A stretch of 64,000 nucleotides of DNA from Thermoplasmata archaeon (GTDB taxonomy: Archaea; Thermoplasmatota; SW-10-69-26; JACQPN01; JAJPHT01): contig JAXDQU010000106.1 in the NCBI GenBank assembly GCA_034667685.1, positions 1 to 64,000 on the forward strand, written 5' to 3'. Position numbers and translations under genes: made by a program. The notes beneath the pieces are model-generated. The model searched no databases and was not told the DNA's origin. It saw only the letters and a list, made by a program, of their open reading frames with translations. The stretch's first letter is position 1; each line of letters begins with the position of its first letter. Shown here piece by piece: positions 19,677-29,453 of the stretch.

Positions 19677-19732
19677 GCGCAGCGCCCGCGCGGCAGCGAA
19701 CCTTTATCGGCGGCACGCCTGTCCCCGCCTTC

Positions 19733-20455
19733 ATGCCTGAGGACTATGCAGCCTTCCTGAAGCGCGCACGCAGCAAGGTGCCCGAGAAGGTGGGCACGGG
19801 CGAGCGCTTCGTGATGCCGCAGATGGACGTCCTCCAGGAGGGCAAGCTCACCATCGTGCGCAACATGGCCGAGGTGCTCGACCGGCTCAACCGTCCCAGC
19901 GACCACCTCGTCCCGATCCTCCTGCGCGAGGTCGGCACGGCGGGCAGCTACGAGGACGGCCGCCTCACGCTCCAGGCCAAGGTCAGCCCGGACAGCCTCC
20001 AGACGCGCCTCGAGAAGTACGTCGAGACGTACGTCATCTGCGGCGAGTGCGGCCGCCCCGACACGCACCTCATGAAGGAGGAGCGCACGACCATCCTGAA
20101 GTGCGACGCGTGCGGCGCGCACCGGCCGATCAAGGGCGCGGCCAAGAAGGCCGCCGTCAAGCCCGAGGAGGCCGTCGTCGAGGGCAAGACCTACGAGGTC
20201 ATGATCGAGGACAACGGCAAGCGCGGCGACGGCATCGCGCGGCGCGACCGCTACACCATCTTCGTGAAGGGCGCGCAGAAGGGCAACGTCTACCACGTCA
20301 AGATCGAGAAGGTCACGGGCACGCTCGCGTTCGGCGAGATCGTCAGCGCCGCGGCCGCGACGCCCAACACGGCCGGCCCCAAGACCGCCGCGCAGGCCGC
20401 CGCGGGCAACAAGCCTGCTTCGGGCGCGAAGCCCGGCGGCCCCGCCAAGAAGTGA
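19733..20455 (+). CDS. eif2b: Translation initiation factor aIF-2 beta with C-terminal TRAM domain
   Basis: ERFVMP, YVICGECGRPDT, CDACGA zinc ribbon; TRAM GKRGDGIA..IFV; CTTTATC box upstream. Confidence 0.93.
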   Translation: MPEDYAAFLKRARSKVPEKVGTGERFVMPQMDVLQEGKLTIVRNMAEVLDRLNRPSDHLVPILLREVGTAGSYEDGRLTLQAKVSPDSLQTRLEKYVETYVICGECGRPDTHLMKEERTTILKCDACGAHRPIKGAAKKAAVKPEEAVVEGKTYEVMIEDNGKRGDGIARRDRYTIFVKGAQKGNVYHVKIEKVTGTLAFGEIVSAAAATPNTAGPKTAAQAAAGNKPASGAKPGGPAKK

Positions 20456-20548
20456 TATCGCCGGAGGGCGGGGGGCGGGTCCCCGGCGCCCCCCGTTGGC
20501 CGAACCCTTTTTACGTGTCCCGAGGCTCCGCGCCCCAGAGGACCGCCC

Positions 20549-21325
20549 ATGGTCAACATCGTCACCCTCGTGAAGCAGTCGCCCGACGTCGAGGCGGTGC
20601 GCATCGGCGCCAACGGCGCGCCCGACCTGTCCGCCGCGGGCCTGAAGGTCTCCGACTACGACAAGAACGCCGTCGAGGCCGCGGTGCAGCTCAAGGAGAA
20701 GAACGCCGGGACGAAGGTCTTCGCGCTCTCGCTGGGCGGCGCCAAGCTGGAGGAGTCCATCAAGGAGGTCCTCGCGATGGGATGCGACGAGGCCGTCATG
20801 CTCACCGACGCCGCGTTCGCGCAGGCGGACACCGCCGAGAAGGCGCGGCTGCTCGCGCTCGCGGTCAAGAAGATGGGCAACGTGGACCTCGTCATCGCCG
20901 CAGAGGAGTCGCTCGACTCGCACTCGGGGCAGACGGGCCCGCGCGTCGCCGAGGAGCTGGGCTGGCCGCTCGTGGCCTACGTCACCGACAACCTGCGTCT
21001 CGAAGGCACGACGCTCAAGGCCGAGCGCGAGGTCGACGAGGGCATCGAGGAGGTCGAGGTGCAGCTCCCCGCCGTCATCACGGTGCTGGAGAGCCTCAAC
21101 ACGCCGCGCCTGCCCGCGCTCATGCAGATCCTCCAGGCGAAGAACAAGCCCAAGAAGACGTTCAGCGCCGCGGACCTCGGCGCGGGGACCGTCGCGCCCG
21201 TGCTATCACGCCCCAAGAGCGAGGCGCCCAAGAGCGACCGCAAGGGCATCATGCTCCCCAACGACAACCTGGAGGCCGCGGCCGAGCAGCTTGCGAAGGC
21301 GCTCGCCAAGGAAGGGGTGATCTGA
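20549..21325 (+). CDS. etfB: Electron transfer flavoprotein beta subunit
   Basis: VKQSPD, YDKNAVEAA, SLDSHSGQTGP, NTPRLP. Confidence 0.92.
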   Translation: MVNIVTLVKQSPDVEAVRIGANGAPDLSAAGLKVSDYDKNAVEAAVQLKEKNAGTKVFALSLGGAKLEESIKEVLAMGCDEAVMLTDAAFAQADTAEKARLLALAVKKMGNVDLVIAAEESLDSHSGQTGPRVAEELGWPLVAYVTDNLRLEGTTLKAEREVDEGIEEVEVQLPAVITVLESLNTPRLPALMQILQAKNKPKKTFSAADLGAGTVAPVLSRPKSEAPKSDRKGIMLPNDNLEAAAEQLAKALAKEGVI

Positions 21326-22270
21326 ATGAGCAACGTCGTCATCTGGGCACCCGAGGCGCGCCAGGCGCACGAGCTCGTCGCGAAGGCCAAGGAGCTGGGC
21401 CTCACGCCCGTCGTGCTCCACGTGGGCGCGGGCGACCCGCAGGCGTACGTCCAGCACGGCGCCGCGAAGGTCCTCGTGGCCGACTCGCCCAAGCTCGCCG
21501 ACTTCCAGAGCGGCCCGATGACGGACGCGCTCGCCGACGCCGTCAAGCAGGTCGGCGCCAAGGCCGTGTTCCTCAGCGGCGGCCGCCGCGGCAAGGAGAT
21601 CGCGCCCCGCCTGGGCGTCAAGCTCAAGGCCGGCGTCGTCACGCTCGCGCAGAAGGCGCGCAGCGAGGGCGGCAAGCTCGTCTTCGAGCGCATGTTCCTG
21701 GGCGGCAAGACGCTCGCCACCGAGATCCCGCAGAGCGAGGTCGCGATCGCCACCTTCCCCGCGCGCCTCTTCGAGCCGCTCCCGGCCGACGCGGGCGCCA
21801 AGGGCGAGGTCGCCAAGCTCGCCGGCGAGATCCGTGATAGCAAAGTCAAGGTCACGAAGAAGATGCCGCGCAAGGAGAGCGGCGTCAACCTGGAGGCGGC
21901 GCCCGTCGTCGTGGGCGCGGGCCGCGGCTTCAAGTCGAAGGACGACCTCAAGCTCGCCTTCGACCTCGCGGCCACGATGGGCGGCCAGGTGGGCTGCTCG
22001 CGCCCCCTGGCGACGGACCTCGGCTGGCTCACCGACGAATACTGGATCGGCCTCTCCGGCAAGGAGGTCAAGCCCAAGGTCTACGTCGCCGCGGGCATCA
22101 GCGGCCAGATCCAGCACACGACGGGCATCCGCAACAGCAAGCTCATCGTCGCGATCAACACGAACAAGGACGCGCCGATCTTCAAGATGGCCGACTATGG
22201 GATCGTCGGCGACTTGTACAAGGTGTTGCCCGCCCTCCAGGCTGCCGTGAAGAAGCAGAAGGGCCGGTAG
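21326..22270 (+). CDS. etfA: Electron transfer flavoprotein alpha subunit
   Basis: GAGRG, GCSRP, IGLSG, GISGQIQH, AINTNKDAPIF. Confidence 0.94.
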   Translation: MSNVVIWAPEARQAHELVAKAKELGLTPVVLHVGAGDPQAYVQHGAAKVLVADSPKLADFQSGPMTDALADAVKQVGAKAVFLSGGRRGKEIAPRLGVKLKAGVVTLAQKARSEGGKLVFERMFLGGKTLATEIPQSEVAIATFPARLFEPLPADAGAKGEVAKLAGEIRDSKVKVTKKMPRKESGVNLEAAPVVVGAGRGFKSKDDLKLAFDLAATMGGQVGCSRPLATDLGWLTDEYWIGLSGKEVKPKVYVAAGISGQIQHTTGIRNSKLIVAINTNKDAPIFKMADYGIVGDLYKVLPALQAAVKKQKGR

Positions 22271-22276
22271 GTCGTC

Positions 22277-22540
22277 CTACAGGATCGTGCACGGCGTCAG
22301 CACGGGCCCCGAGCAGTCGAGGACGTTCCAGTAGAGGCACTGCACGTCCGGGCTGTTGGGGCACCACGTCTCGTCCGAGTTGACGAACGTGTTGCCGGTG
22401 CCGCAGTGCACGTGCTCCCACCAGTCCCAGACGACGACCTGGCACGAGACGGGCGCGGTGGCCGAGGCGGCGGGGACGAGCAGGAAGGGGATCGCGACGA
22501 GGCTCGCGGCGAGGAGGAGGTTGCGGAGCATCGCGTCCAC
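22277..22540 (-). CDS. Small secreted six-Cys peptide, paralogue 3
   Basis: Signal peptide; C..W..C..WCP..C..C.G..PCTIL. Confidence 0.75.
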   Translation of the reverse strand: MDAMLRNLLLAASLVAIPFLLVPAASATAPVSCQVVVWDWWEHVHCGTGNTFVNSDETWCPNSPDVQCLYWNVLDCSGPVLTPCTIL

Positions 22541-22541
22541 C

Positions 22542-22784
22542 TCAGAGCACCGTGCACGGGAAGAGCAGCGTGCCGTCGCAGACGAGGATGTCGAAGTAGC
22601 CGCAGCGCGAGCCGGGCGGGCACCAGTTCTCGGAGGAGCTGACCGCGGTGGTCGTGGTGCCGCAGTGGACGCTCTCGTCCCAGTCCTGCACCGTGACCTG
22701 GCAGGTGGGCGAGCCGATCGAGGCGCTCGCGGCGGGAACGGAGAGAAGGACGACGAGAAGGGAAAGCAGCGTGGCGCGGAGCAT
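22542..22784 (-). CDS. Small secreted six-Cys peptide, paralogue 2
   Basis: Signal peptide; same Cys/Trp spacing; ends FPCTVL. Confidence 0.75.
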   Translation of the reverse strand: MLRATLLSLLVVLLSVPAASASIGSPTCQVTVQDWDESVHCGTTTTAVSSSENWCPPGSRCGYFDILVCDGTLLFPCTVL

Positions 22785-22836
22785 GGCGGGGGTCACCGCG
22801 CCCGTCAGCGCCCGCGCAAGGGATAGCCGTGACGGA

Positions 22837-22856
22837 GCGCAACGCGCGCGTTGCGC
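22837..22856. repeat. Perfect 20-bp palindrome GCGCAACGCGCGCGTTGCGC
   Basis: Self-complementary; between peptide genes; possible terminator or operator. Confidence 0.7.
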
Positions 22857-22866
22857 GCCGCGGCGC

Positions 22867-23118
22867 TCAGAGCAGCGTGCACGGGAAGAGCAGGCTGCCG
22901 GTGCAGGCCAGGATCGTGCCGTCGGCGCAGAGCGTCGGGCTGGGGCACCAGGTCACGCTCCCGGCCGGGCCGACGTTGCTGACCTTGCAGCCGTACGTGG
23001 CGTCCCAGAAGTTGAGGACGAACGAGCAGCTCGCGGGCACCGCGGCGGCGGCCGAGCCGGCGAGCGCGACGGGCAGGAGGACGAGGAGCGCCGAGACGAG
23101 GATCGTGGGGGTTCGCAT
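22867..23118 (-). CDS. Small secreted six-Cys peptide, paralogue 1
   Basis: Signal peptide; same Cys/Trp spacing; ends FPCTLL. Confidence 0.75.
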   Translation of the reverse strand: MRTPTILVSALLVLLPVALAGSAAAAVPASCSFVLNFWDATYGCKVSNVGPAGSVTWCPSPTLCADGTILACTGSLLFPCTLL

Positions 23119-23188
23119 GGGGGAATTCCCGCGCCCGGAACGGGCCACCGAGGCTTGGCTCCTTGGGTGCAGCCGCGCGGGTGCTGCC

Positions 23189-24685
23189 CTACTTCACGTG
23201 CACCACGAAGCGGCACTTGGCGTCGCCGCGCGACTCGCACGAGACCTCCGCGCCGCGCGCCGGGGCGTCGCCGTGCAGGCGCGAGGCGGCGCCCGTCGCG
23301 TAGCCCAGGGCGAGATAGCACGTCGTGGCGCGCGAGCCGGGCGACTTCTCGAAGAGGTCCGAGCCGGTGAACTCGTAGCGCCCGGCGTCCGCGGAGGTCG
23401 TCTCGATGCGGCCCAGGCCCATCTCGGCGTAGGCGCGCGAGAAGGCGTCGAGGTCCTGGGCCTCCGCGGTGCGCGCGAGCGACTCGCCCAGCCGCAGCAG
23501 CGCGCTCGCGTCGGCGTGCGTCTCGTCCATCAGCGCGCGGACGATGCGGCGCACCAGCGGGCGCGCCACGCGCGAGGAGACCAGCCGCTCGCGCGCCTCG
23601 TCGAGCTCGTGGAGCGCGCGGGCGTTGGCGAGCGTGGCGGAGGCCTCGGCCGCGACGATGGCGAGGAGGTTGCGGTCCACCGGCGCGAAGCGCGCGTTGC
23701 TGCGCCGGTTCGGGTGGATCAGCAGCGCGCCCATCTTCGCGCCGCCGGGGCCTTCGAGCGTCGCGGCCATCGGCGGCTCGCTGCTCGCACCCCCTTCGAA
23801 GTCGAGGCTCCACCGGCGCTCGCGGCCGTCCTGCTCGACGACGAGCGTCGTGCGCCCCGCCTGGAAGACGTCGCCGCAGGTCTGGAGGATGCGCGTCGCG
23901 GCGCGCTCGAAGTCCTTCTCGCCCACCAGGGCGCGCGTCATCCCGCTGAGGCGATCGTGGACGAGCGCCTCCCTCTCGGTGCGCGCCACGAGGCCGACGT
24001 GCTCGCGCGCGAGGTAGGCGAAGGGCACGAGCGCCGCGACGGCCACGGGATGGACGTTCCAGAGCGCCCACGTCGCGAGCCCGCCCGCGATGCCCAGCGC
24101 GACGTGCAGCAGCGTGGGGATCCAGAAGCGCTCGCCGAAGACGACGTGGACCGCGACGCGCTCGCGCAGCGAGAAGACGCTGGAGACGAGGACGTGCGTG
24201 ACGAAGGTGTAGGCGACGAGGGCGCCGCAGATGGCGACGAGGGGCGGCGCGACGAGCTGGAGGAAGAGGTACGTCGAGACGCAGGCGCCGCCCGCGAGCG
24301 CGAGGACGGCGACGTTGGCCGCGGCGCGCAGGAGCGGCCGGCGCGTCTTGACCTGGTAGGCCGTCATCGGCACGATGGCGAAGAGGACGACGAACGGCAG
24401 CGGCAGCGCGAGGAGGGCGAGGAAGACGAGCACCTCGTCGGGACCGAGGGCGATGCGCTGCCCGCGCCAGTCGAAGAGGATGAGCCGGTTGAGGATCAGC
24501 CACGAGGCGGCGACGAGCCCGGCCAGGAGAAGCCAGCGCGGCGCGTCCATGCTCCCCGTGGCGGTGGGGAGCGCCCAGAGCGCGGTGGCGAGCACGACGG
24601 CGCCACCCGCCGCGAGGGAAGCCAGGTACGGGTCCACGAGGCGCGTCGGGTCGAAGGGCTGCGCGGGAGCGTACGCGTTCGCCAT
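23189..24685 (-). CDS. Membrane sensor with GAF-like and C-terminal V4R-like domains
   Basis: About 7 TM; LLAIVAAEASATLANAR GAF end; MGLG, TCYLALGY..G, EVSCESRGDAKCRF V4R signature. Confidence 0.75.
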   Translation of the reverse strand: MANAYAPAQPFDPTRLVDPYLASLAAGGAVVLATALWALPTATGSMDAPRWLLLAGLVAASWLILNRLILFDWRGQRIALGPDEVLVFLALLALPLPFVVLFAIVPMTAYQVKTRRPLLRAAANVAVLALAGGACVSTYLFLQLVAPPLVAICGALVAYTFVTHVLVSSVFSLRERVAVHVVFGERFWIPTLLHVALGIAGGLATWALWNVHPVAVAALVPFAYLAREHVGLVARTEREALVHDRLSGMTRALVGEKDFERAATRILQTCGDVFQAGRTTLVVEQDGRERRWSLDFEGGASSEPPMAATLEGPGGAKMGALLIHPNRRSNARFAPVDRNLLAIVAAEASATLANARALHELDEARERLVSSRVARPLVRRIVRALMDETHADASALLRLGESLARTAEAQDLDAFSRAYAEMGLGRIETTSADAGRYEFTGSDLFEKSPGSRATTCYLALGYATGAASRLHGDAPARGAEVSCESRGDAKCRFVVHVK

Positions 24686-24816
24686 CGGCCGACCCGTCAC
24701 CCTTCCCCGTGGGGCGCCTTCTTCAGGGTGCCGCATGTCCGGATTCTCACGAACGATGCTCATGGCCGGCTGCGCCGACGGCGGGCTTTTCTCCCCGGCC
24801 CCGTGTGTGGGCGCGC

Positions 24817-25074
24817 ATGCGCTCCCTCCTTCTCGTCGCGCTCCTGGCGACCCCGGTCCTCGCCGCGCTCGCCACGCCCACCGCCTCCGCGACCTGCGCC
24901 ACGCAGGACGTCACGGTCAACGGCCAGGTCGTCGCCAGCCTGCTCTACGACGCGCCCAGCAAGGGCGGCCCGATCTGCATCACGCGCCTCACCGTGTACG
25001 AGTGCTCCGCCACGACCACGACGGACCTCGCGCGCGTGCTGACGTGCTCGTCCACGCCCTTCGTCGTGCTCTGA
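24817..25074 (+). CDS. Small secreted four-Cys protein
   Basis: Signal peptide ending ASA; typical codon usage. Confidence 0.6.
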   Translation: MRSLLLVALLATPVLAALATPTASATCATQDVTVNGQVVASLLYDAPSKGGPICITRLTVYECSATTTTDLARVLTCSSTPFVVL

Positions 25075-25111
25075 GGCGAGGCCTCAAGAGCCCGGGCCCG
25101 CCTGCTCGCGC

Positions 25112-25897
25112 GTGCGGCGCGCGGCGCTCCTCCTTGTCCTGCTCGTGCTGGCCGGCTGCGCCGGACCCACGGGGGCGTGCGACGTGGGGTGCCACCGCGT
25201 CTGGCAGGCGCAGGACCTCGCCGCGGGCTCCTACGACGCGCTCTCGGCCGGCGCGCGCCTCGCGCCCGCATCAGGGATCGCCTTGCCGAACGCCACGCTC
25301 GCGGCGCTCTACGGCGAAAGCTATCGCGTCGCGAGCCTCGTCTACGCGCCCAACGCGAGCGAGGACGCCCGCGCGACGCTGCTGCTCAACGGCACCGCGC
25401 CGCGCCTCGTCGTGGCCGTGCCCCCGACGTGGAACGCGACGCGCATCGAGGCGCTGGCCCGCGGCGCGTTGGCGAACCTGACCCGCGCGGACCTCGCGCC
25501 GATCCTCGCCGCGCTCGAAGCCAACCGCACGGAAGGCGCGTGCTGCCCCGCGCGGACGACGCTCTCCGCCGACCTCGCGGCGCCGCTGAACGTCTCGGGC
25601 CTCTGGGCGCGCCTCAAGCCCGTCGTGCGCGGCGACGAGGACCACCACCTCGACGGCGGCGAGCCCGTGACGAAGGGCGCATGGTCGTTCCTCCTCTCCT
25701 TCCCGACCGCGAGCGTCCAGGCCGGCTCGCCCGACGGGACGCTCCACGCGGAGGCCAACGCGCGCGGCCGCTACAGCGTGCTCCTGGAGCTGCCGCGCGA
25801 CGAGAACGCGACGCAGGCGCGCGCCGCGCTCCACGCGCTGCTCGTGGCCGCCGGCGCGCGCGACGACGTGGACTGGGCGCTCGTGCCCGCCGCGTGA
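25112..25897 (+). CDS. Hypothetical lipoprotein
   Basis: LAGC lipobox; many N-x-T/S sequons. Confidence 0.65.
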   Translation: MRRAALLLVLLVLAGCAGPTGACDVGCHRVWQAQDLAAGSYDALSAGARLAPASGIALPNATLAALYGESYRVASLVYAPNASEDARATLLLNGTAPRLVVAVPPTWNATRIEALARGALANLTRADLAPILAALEANRTEGACCPARTTLSADLAAPLNVSGLWARLKPVVRGDEDHHLDGGEPVTKGAWSFLLSFPTASVQAGSPDGTLHAEANARGRYSVLLELPRDENATQARAALHALLVAAGARDDVDWALVPAA

Positions 25898-25927
25898 TTC
25901 AAGCCTCGGCCCCGCGATGCGCGCCGC

Positions 25928-26914
25928 ATGGGCTCCGTCGAGCAGGGTGCGCGCAACGCCATCGAGGTCTGCATGGGCGTCAAGCCGGGCGAGTCGGTCG
26001 TCCTCGTCACCGACCGCAAGGTCCCCGAGGTGGGCGACGCGCTGGAGAAGGCCGCGCGCAAGATCACCGACCACGTCCACCGCTTCGTCCTGGAGGACTT
26101 CGGCGCGCGGCCGCTCACGGACGTGCCGAAGGCGTTGGCGCAGGCCGCCGAGAAGGCGGACGTCTCGATCTGGGCCGCGAGCAGCGCCAAGGGCGAATTG
26201 CCCGTGCGCATGGCGTACCGCAAGCACCTGGGCAACGCGCGCCACGGCCACATGCCCGGCGTCACGAAGGAGCTCATGGAGCAGGGCATGAACGCCGACT
26301 ACGACGCCGTCGCCGACCTCACGACGCGCCTCTTCGAGCGCGTGCAGGGCATCCGCAAGGCGCGCGTCACGAACCCCCACGGCACCGACTTCGAGGTCCT
26401 CTTCCACCCCGACTGGAAGTGGCTCCCCGACACGGGCAAGTTCCACCACCAAGGCGACTGGGGCAACCTCCCCGCGGGCGAGGTCTACACCGCCCCCGTC
26501 TGGCTCCACGGCACCATCGTCACGAACCTGCTCGGAGACTTCTTCTCCGAGAAATACAAGGAGCTCAAGCCGCCCATGCGCTTCGAGATCAAGGACAGCC
26601 GCCTCCAGGTCGACACGATCCACGGCGCCTCGCCCGAATGCGTCCGCGAGTTCAAGGAATACCTCCTGAGCGACCCCAACGGCACGCGCGCCGGCGAGTT
26701 CGCCATGGGCACCAACCTCGGCCTCACGCGCCTCGTGGGCAACCTCCTCCAGGACGAGAAGATCCCGGGCGTGCACGTCGCGTTCGGCAACCCCTACCCG
26801 GAGCAGACCGGCGCGCCCTGGCACGCCAAGACGCACGTCGACGTCGTCATGCTGGAGACCGACGTGTGGCTCGACGGCGTGCAGGTGCAGAAGCGCGGCA
26901 AGTACGTCTTCTGA
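25928..26914 (+). CDS. M29-family (thermophilic) aminopeptidase
   Basis: GNLPAGEVY, GEFAMGTN, LQDEKIPGVHVAFG, THVD. Confidence 0.9.
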   Translation: MGSVEQGARNAIEVCMGVKPGESVVLVTDRKVPEVGDALEKAARKITDHVHRFVLEDFGARPLTDVPKALAQAAEKADVSIWAASSAKGELPVRMAYRKHLGNARHGHMPGVTKELMEQGMNADYDAVADLTTRLFERVQGIRKARVTNPHGTDFEVLFHPDWKWLPDTGKFHHQGDWGNLPAGEVYTAPVWLHGTIVTNLLGDFFSEKYKELKPPMRFEIKDSRLQVDTIHGASPECVREFKEYLLSDPNGTRAGEFAMGTNLGLTRLVGNLLQDEKIPGVHVAFGNPYPEQTGAPWHAKTHVDVVMLETDVWLDGVQVQKRGKYVF

Positions 26915-26915
26915 A

Positions 26916-26980
26916 GGGACTCGGGGCTCTGGACTCAAGGCTCCGGAGCCCCGAGTCCTGAGCCCAGAGCCCCGAGCCCG
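26916..26980. repeat. Heptamer-based inverted repeat (GGACTCG/GGGCTCT units versus GAGCCCC/GAGTCCT units)
   Basis: GGACTCGGGGCTC pairs with GAGCCCCGAGTCC; immediately after stop codon. Confidence 0.75.
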
Positions 26981-27029
26981 CCACGTCTTTGCGATATGGT
27001 TTTCCCTCGCCGCCCCCTAGGCAAGCACG

Positions 27030-28157
27030 GTGGACGCGAGCCAGATCCTCCAACCCCTCGCGAACGGGGTCGTCTTCGGCGCGATCCTCGCGCTCTGCGC
27101 CATCGGCCTGACGCTGATCTACGGCATCCTCAACCTCTCCAGCTTCGCGCACGGCGACACGCTCGCCTTCGGCGCGTACATGGCGTTCTTCTTCGGGACC
27201 TCGCTGTACCGGGGCGCGCAGATCGTGCCCCTCGCGCTGGGCGCCGCGGCGCTGCTCTTGATCGCCGTCGGGGCGGATCGCCTCTGGACGCGCAGGCTCG
27301 TGCGGCTGGAGCGCTGGACGCTCCTGGGCTTCGCCGCCGCGCTGGCGCTCGACGCCGCCTACGTGCGGCTCATGCAGGGCGGCGCGTGGGCCGGCACGAC
27401 GGACCGCGTGCTCGTCCTCGCGGCGCTGCTCGCCATCGCCGCCACCGTCGCGCTCACCGTCCTCTTCGAGTTCGTCCTCTGGCGGCCGCTGCGCCGCAAG
27501 GGCGCCACGGTGCTCAGCCTCGTCATCGCGAGCCTCGGCCTCTCGCTCGTGATCCGCAACGGCCTCCAGATGTACTTCGGCGGCGACCAGGTCTCGCTCG
27601 AGCGCGGCGTCGACGAGAGCGCGACCTACCTGGGCGTCCACGTCAGCAGCGCGCAGTGGCTGACGCTGCTCCTGGCCGCGGTCGTCATCCTGGGCGTCCA
27701 CCTCTTCATGACGCGCGCCCGCACCGGCAAGGCCATGCGCGCGCTCGCCGACAACCGCGACCTCGCGCGCGTCTGCGGCATCGACGTGGACCGCGTGATC
27801 GTCTACGTCTGGGTCCTCGCCGCCGCGCTGGTCGCGCTCGCGGGCGTGCTGCTCTGCCTCAACAGCAACAACAGCCTCCGCGTGGACATGGGGTTCAACG
27901 TCCTGATCCCCATCTTCGCGGCCGTCCTCCTGGGCGGCATCGGCAGCCCCTACGGCGCGATGCTGGGCGGGCTCGTCGTGGGCGTCGCCATGCGCGCGGG
28001 CCCCGGGCTCATGTTCGTCCTGCTATCACGGACCGGCGGCCCCGGCTGGCTCATGCGCGACCTGGGCAACACCGCCTACGACCTCGCGTGGGCCTTCGTC
28101 GTCCTCGTGCTCGTGCTCCTCTTCCGGCCGCAGGGCATCCTCGGGAGGAAGGCGTAG
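27030..28157 (+). CDS. livH: Branched-chain amino acid ABC permease
   Basis: AIGLTLIYGIL..FAHG, GKAMRA.ADN, LGGIGS. Confidence 0.9.
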   Translation: MDASQILQPLANGVVFGAILALCAIGLTLIYGILNLSSFAHGDTLAFGAYMAFFFGTSLYRGAQIVPLALGAAALLLIAVGADRLWTRRLVRLERWTLLGFAAALALDAAYVRLMQGGAWAGTTDRVLVLAALLAIAATVALTVLFEFVLWRPLRRKGATVLSLVIASLGLSLVIRNGLQMYFGGDQVSLERGVDESATYLGVHVSSAQWLTLLLAAVVILGVHLFMTRARTGKAMRALADNRDLARVCGIDVDRVIVYVWVLAAALVALAGVLLCLNSNNSLRVDMGFNVLIPIFAAVLLGGIGSPYGAMLGGLVVGVAMRAGPGLMFVLLSRTGGPGWLMRDLGNTAYDLAWAFVVLVLVLLFRPQGILGRKA

Positions 28158-29453
28158 ATGAAGCGCGGCCTGCGCGAGTGGCTCCTGCTGGGCGGGACGT
28201 TCCTCCTCGTCCTCGCCATCCTCGCCGCGTTCGGCTTCACCGGGCCCGGCGTCCACAAGCTGCGCGCGACTTACCTCGCCACCGTCCTCTTCACCATCGC
28301 CATCTACGCGCTCCTCGCGCTGGGCCTCTCCGTCGAGATGGGGTACGCGGGCCTCCTGAACTTCGGCCACGTCGCGTTCATGGGCATCGGCGCCTACGGC
28401 CTCGCCGTCTTCGTCCACAAGAACGCCGCCGCGATGAAGCCCGCGCTCACCGGCTCCCAGCCCTGGGGCCTCGCGCTGGTCGCGCTCATGGCGCTCGCGC
28501 TGGGCTTCCTCGTCTACGTGCTCGCGCTGCTCCTCGCGCAGCGCGTCAAGCCCCTCGCGCGCCTCGCCGCCTGGATCGCCGCGGGCCTGGGCGCGCTCGC
28601 CGCGCTGGGCGCCGCGTACGCGATGTTCCCGCTCGGCGACGTGGGCGCCGCCAACGCGCTCGTCTTCCTGGGCGTGCTCGTGGGCGTCGTGGGCGCCGCG
28701 CTCGCCGGCCTGCTGATGGGCTTCGCGGGCCTGCGCCTGCGCGAGGACTACCTCGCCATCGCGACGCTGGGCTTCGCGCAGGTCGTCTTCCTGGTCGCGC
28801 TCAACGAGGAGCCGCTCACCGGCGGATCGCTGGGCATCCAGGCCATCCACAACCCCGTCATCGACGCGGTCCGCAGCAGCCCGTGGCTCCAGGCGCTCGC
28901 CGAGCGCATCGACAGCGCCTCGCCCATCCCGCTCGCCAACGCGCTGGGCAACGCCCTCTTCAGCCTCCTCCTCGTCGCCGTCTGCTTCGCGCTCCTGGAG
29001 ACGCTGGCGCGCTCGCCCTGGGGGCGCGTGCTCAAGGCCATCCGCGAGGACGAGGAGGTCGCCGCCAGCCTGGGCAAGAACGTCCTGCTCTACAAGCTCC
29101 AGGCGCTCATGATCGGCAGCGCGCTCGCCGCCGCGGCGGGCATCCTGTTCATCTGGAACGCGGGCGCCGTCGTCCCCGAGGACTTCCTCGCGCTCGTCAC
29201 GTTCTACACCTTCGCCATCCTCGTCCTGGGCGGCGTGGGCAACCACAAGGGGGCGCTCATCGGCGCGCTCGTCATCTGGGGCATCTTCGAGCTGGCCAGC
29301 AACGTCTCCAGCCTCGACTTCTTCAAGCAGCACGGCATCCAGTTCGCGGGCCCGCCCCAATCCATGTTCGTGGGCCTCGTGCTGATCCTCGTCGTGATGC
29401 TCCGCCCGCAAGGCGTGGTCGGCAAGAAGGAGGAGATGTCGCTTGGCAAGTGA
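28158..29453 (+). CDS. livM: Branched-chain amino acid ABC permease
   Basis: GYAGLLNFGH, LRLREDYLAIATLG, SPWGRVLKAIREDE. Confidence 0.9.
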   Translation: MKRGLREWLLLGGTFLLVLAILAAFGFTGPGVHKLRATYLATVLFTIAIYALLALGLSVEMGYAGLLNFGHVAFMGIGAYGLAVFVHKNAAAMKPALTGSQPWGLALVALMALALGFLVYVLALLLAQRVKPLARLAAWIAAGLGALAALGAAYAMFPLGDVGAANALVFLGVLVGVVGAALAGLLMGFAGLRLREDYLAIATLGFAQVVFLVALNEEPLTGGSLGIQAIHNPVIDAVRSSPWLQALAERIDSASPIPLANALGNALFSLLLVAVCFALLETLARSPWGRVLKAIREDEEVAASLGKNVLLYKLQALMIGSALAAAAGILFIWNAGAVVPEDFLALVTFYTFAILVLGGVGNHKGALIGALVIWGIFELASNVSSLDFFKQHGIQFAGPPQSMFVGLVLILVVMLRPQGVVGKKEEMSLGK

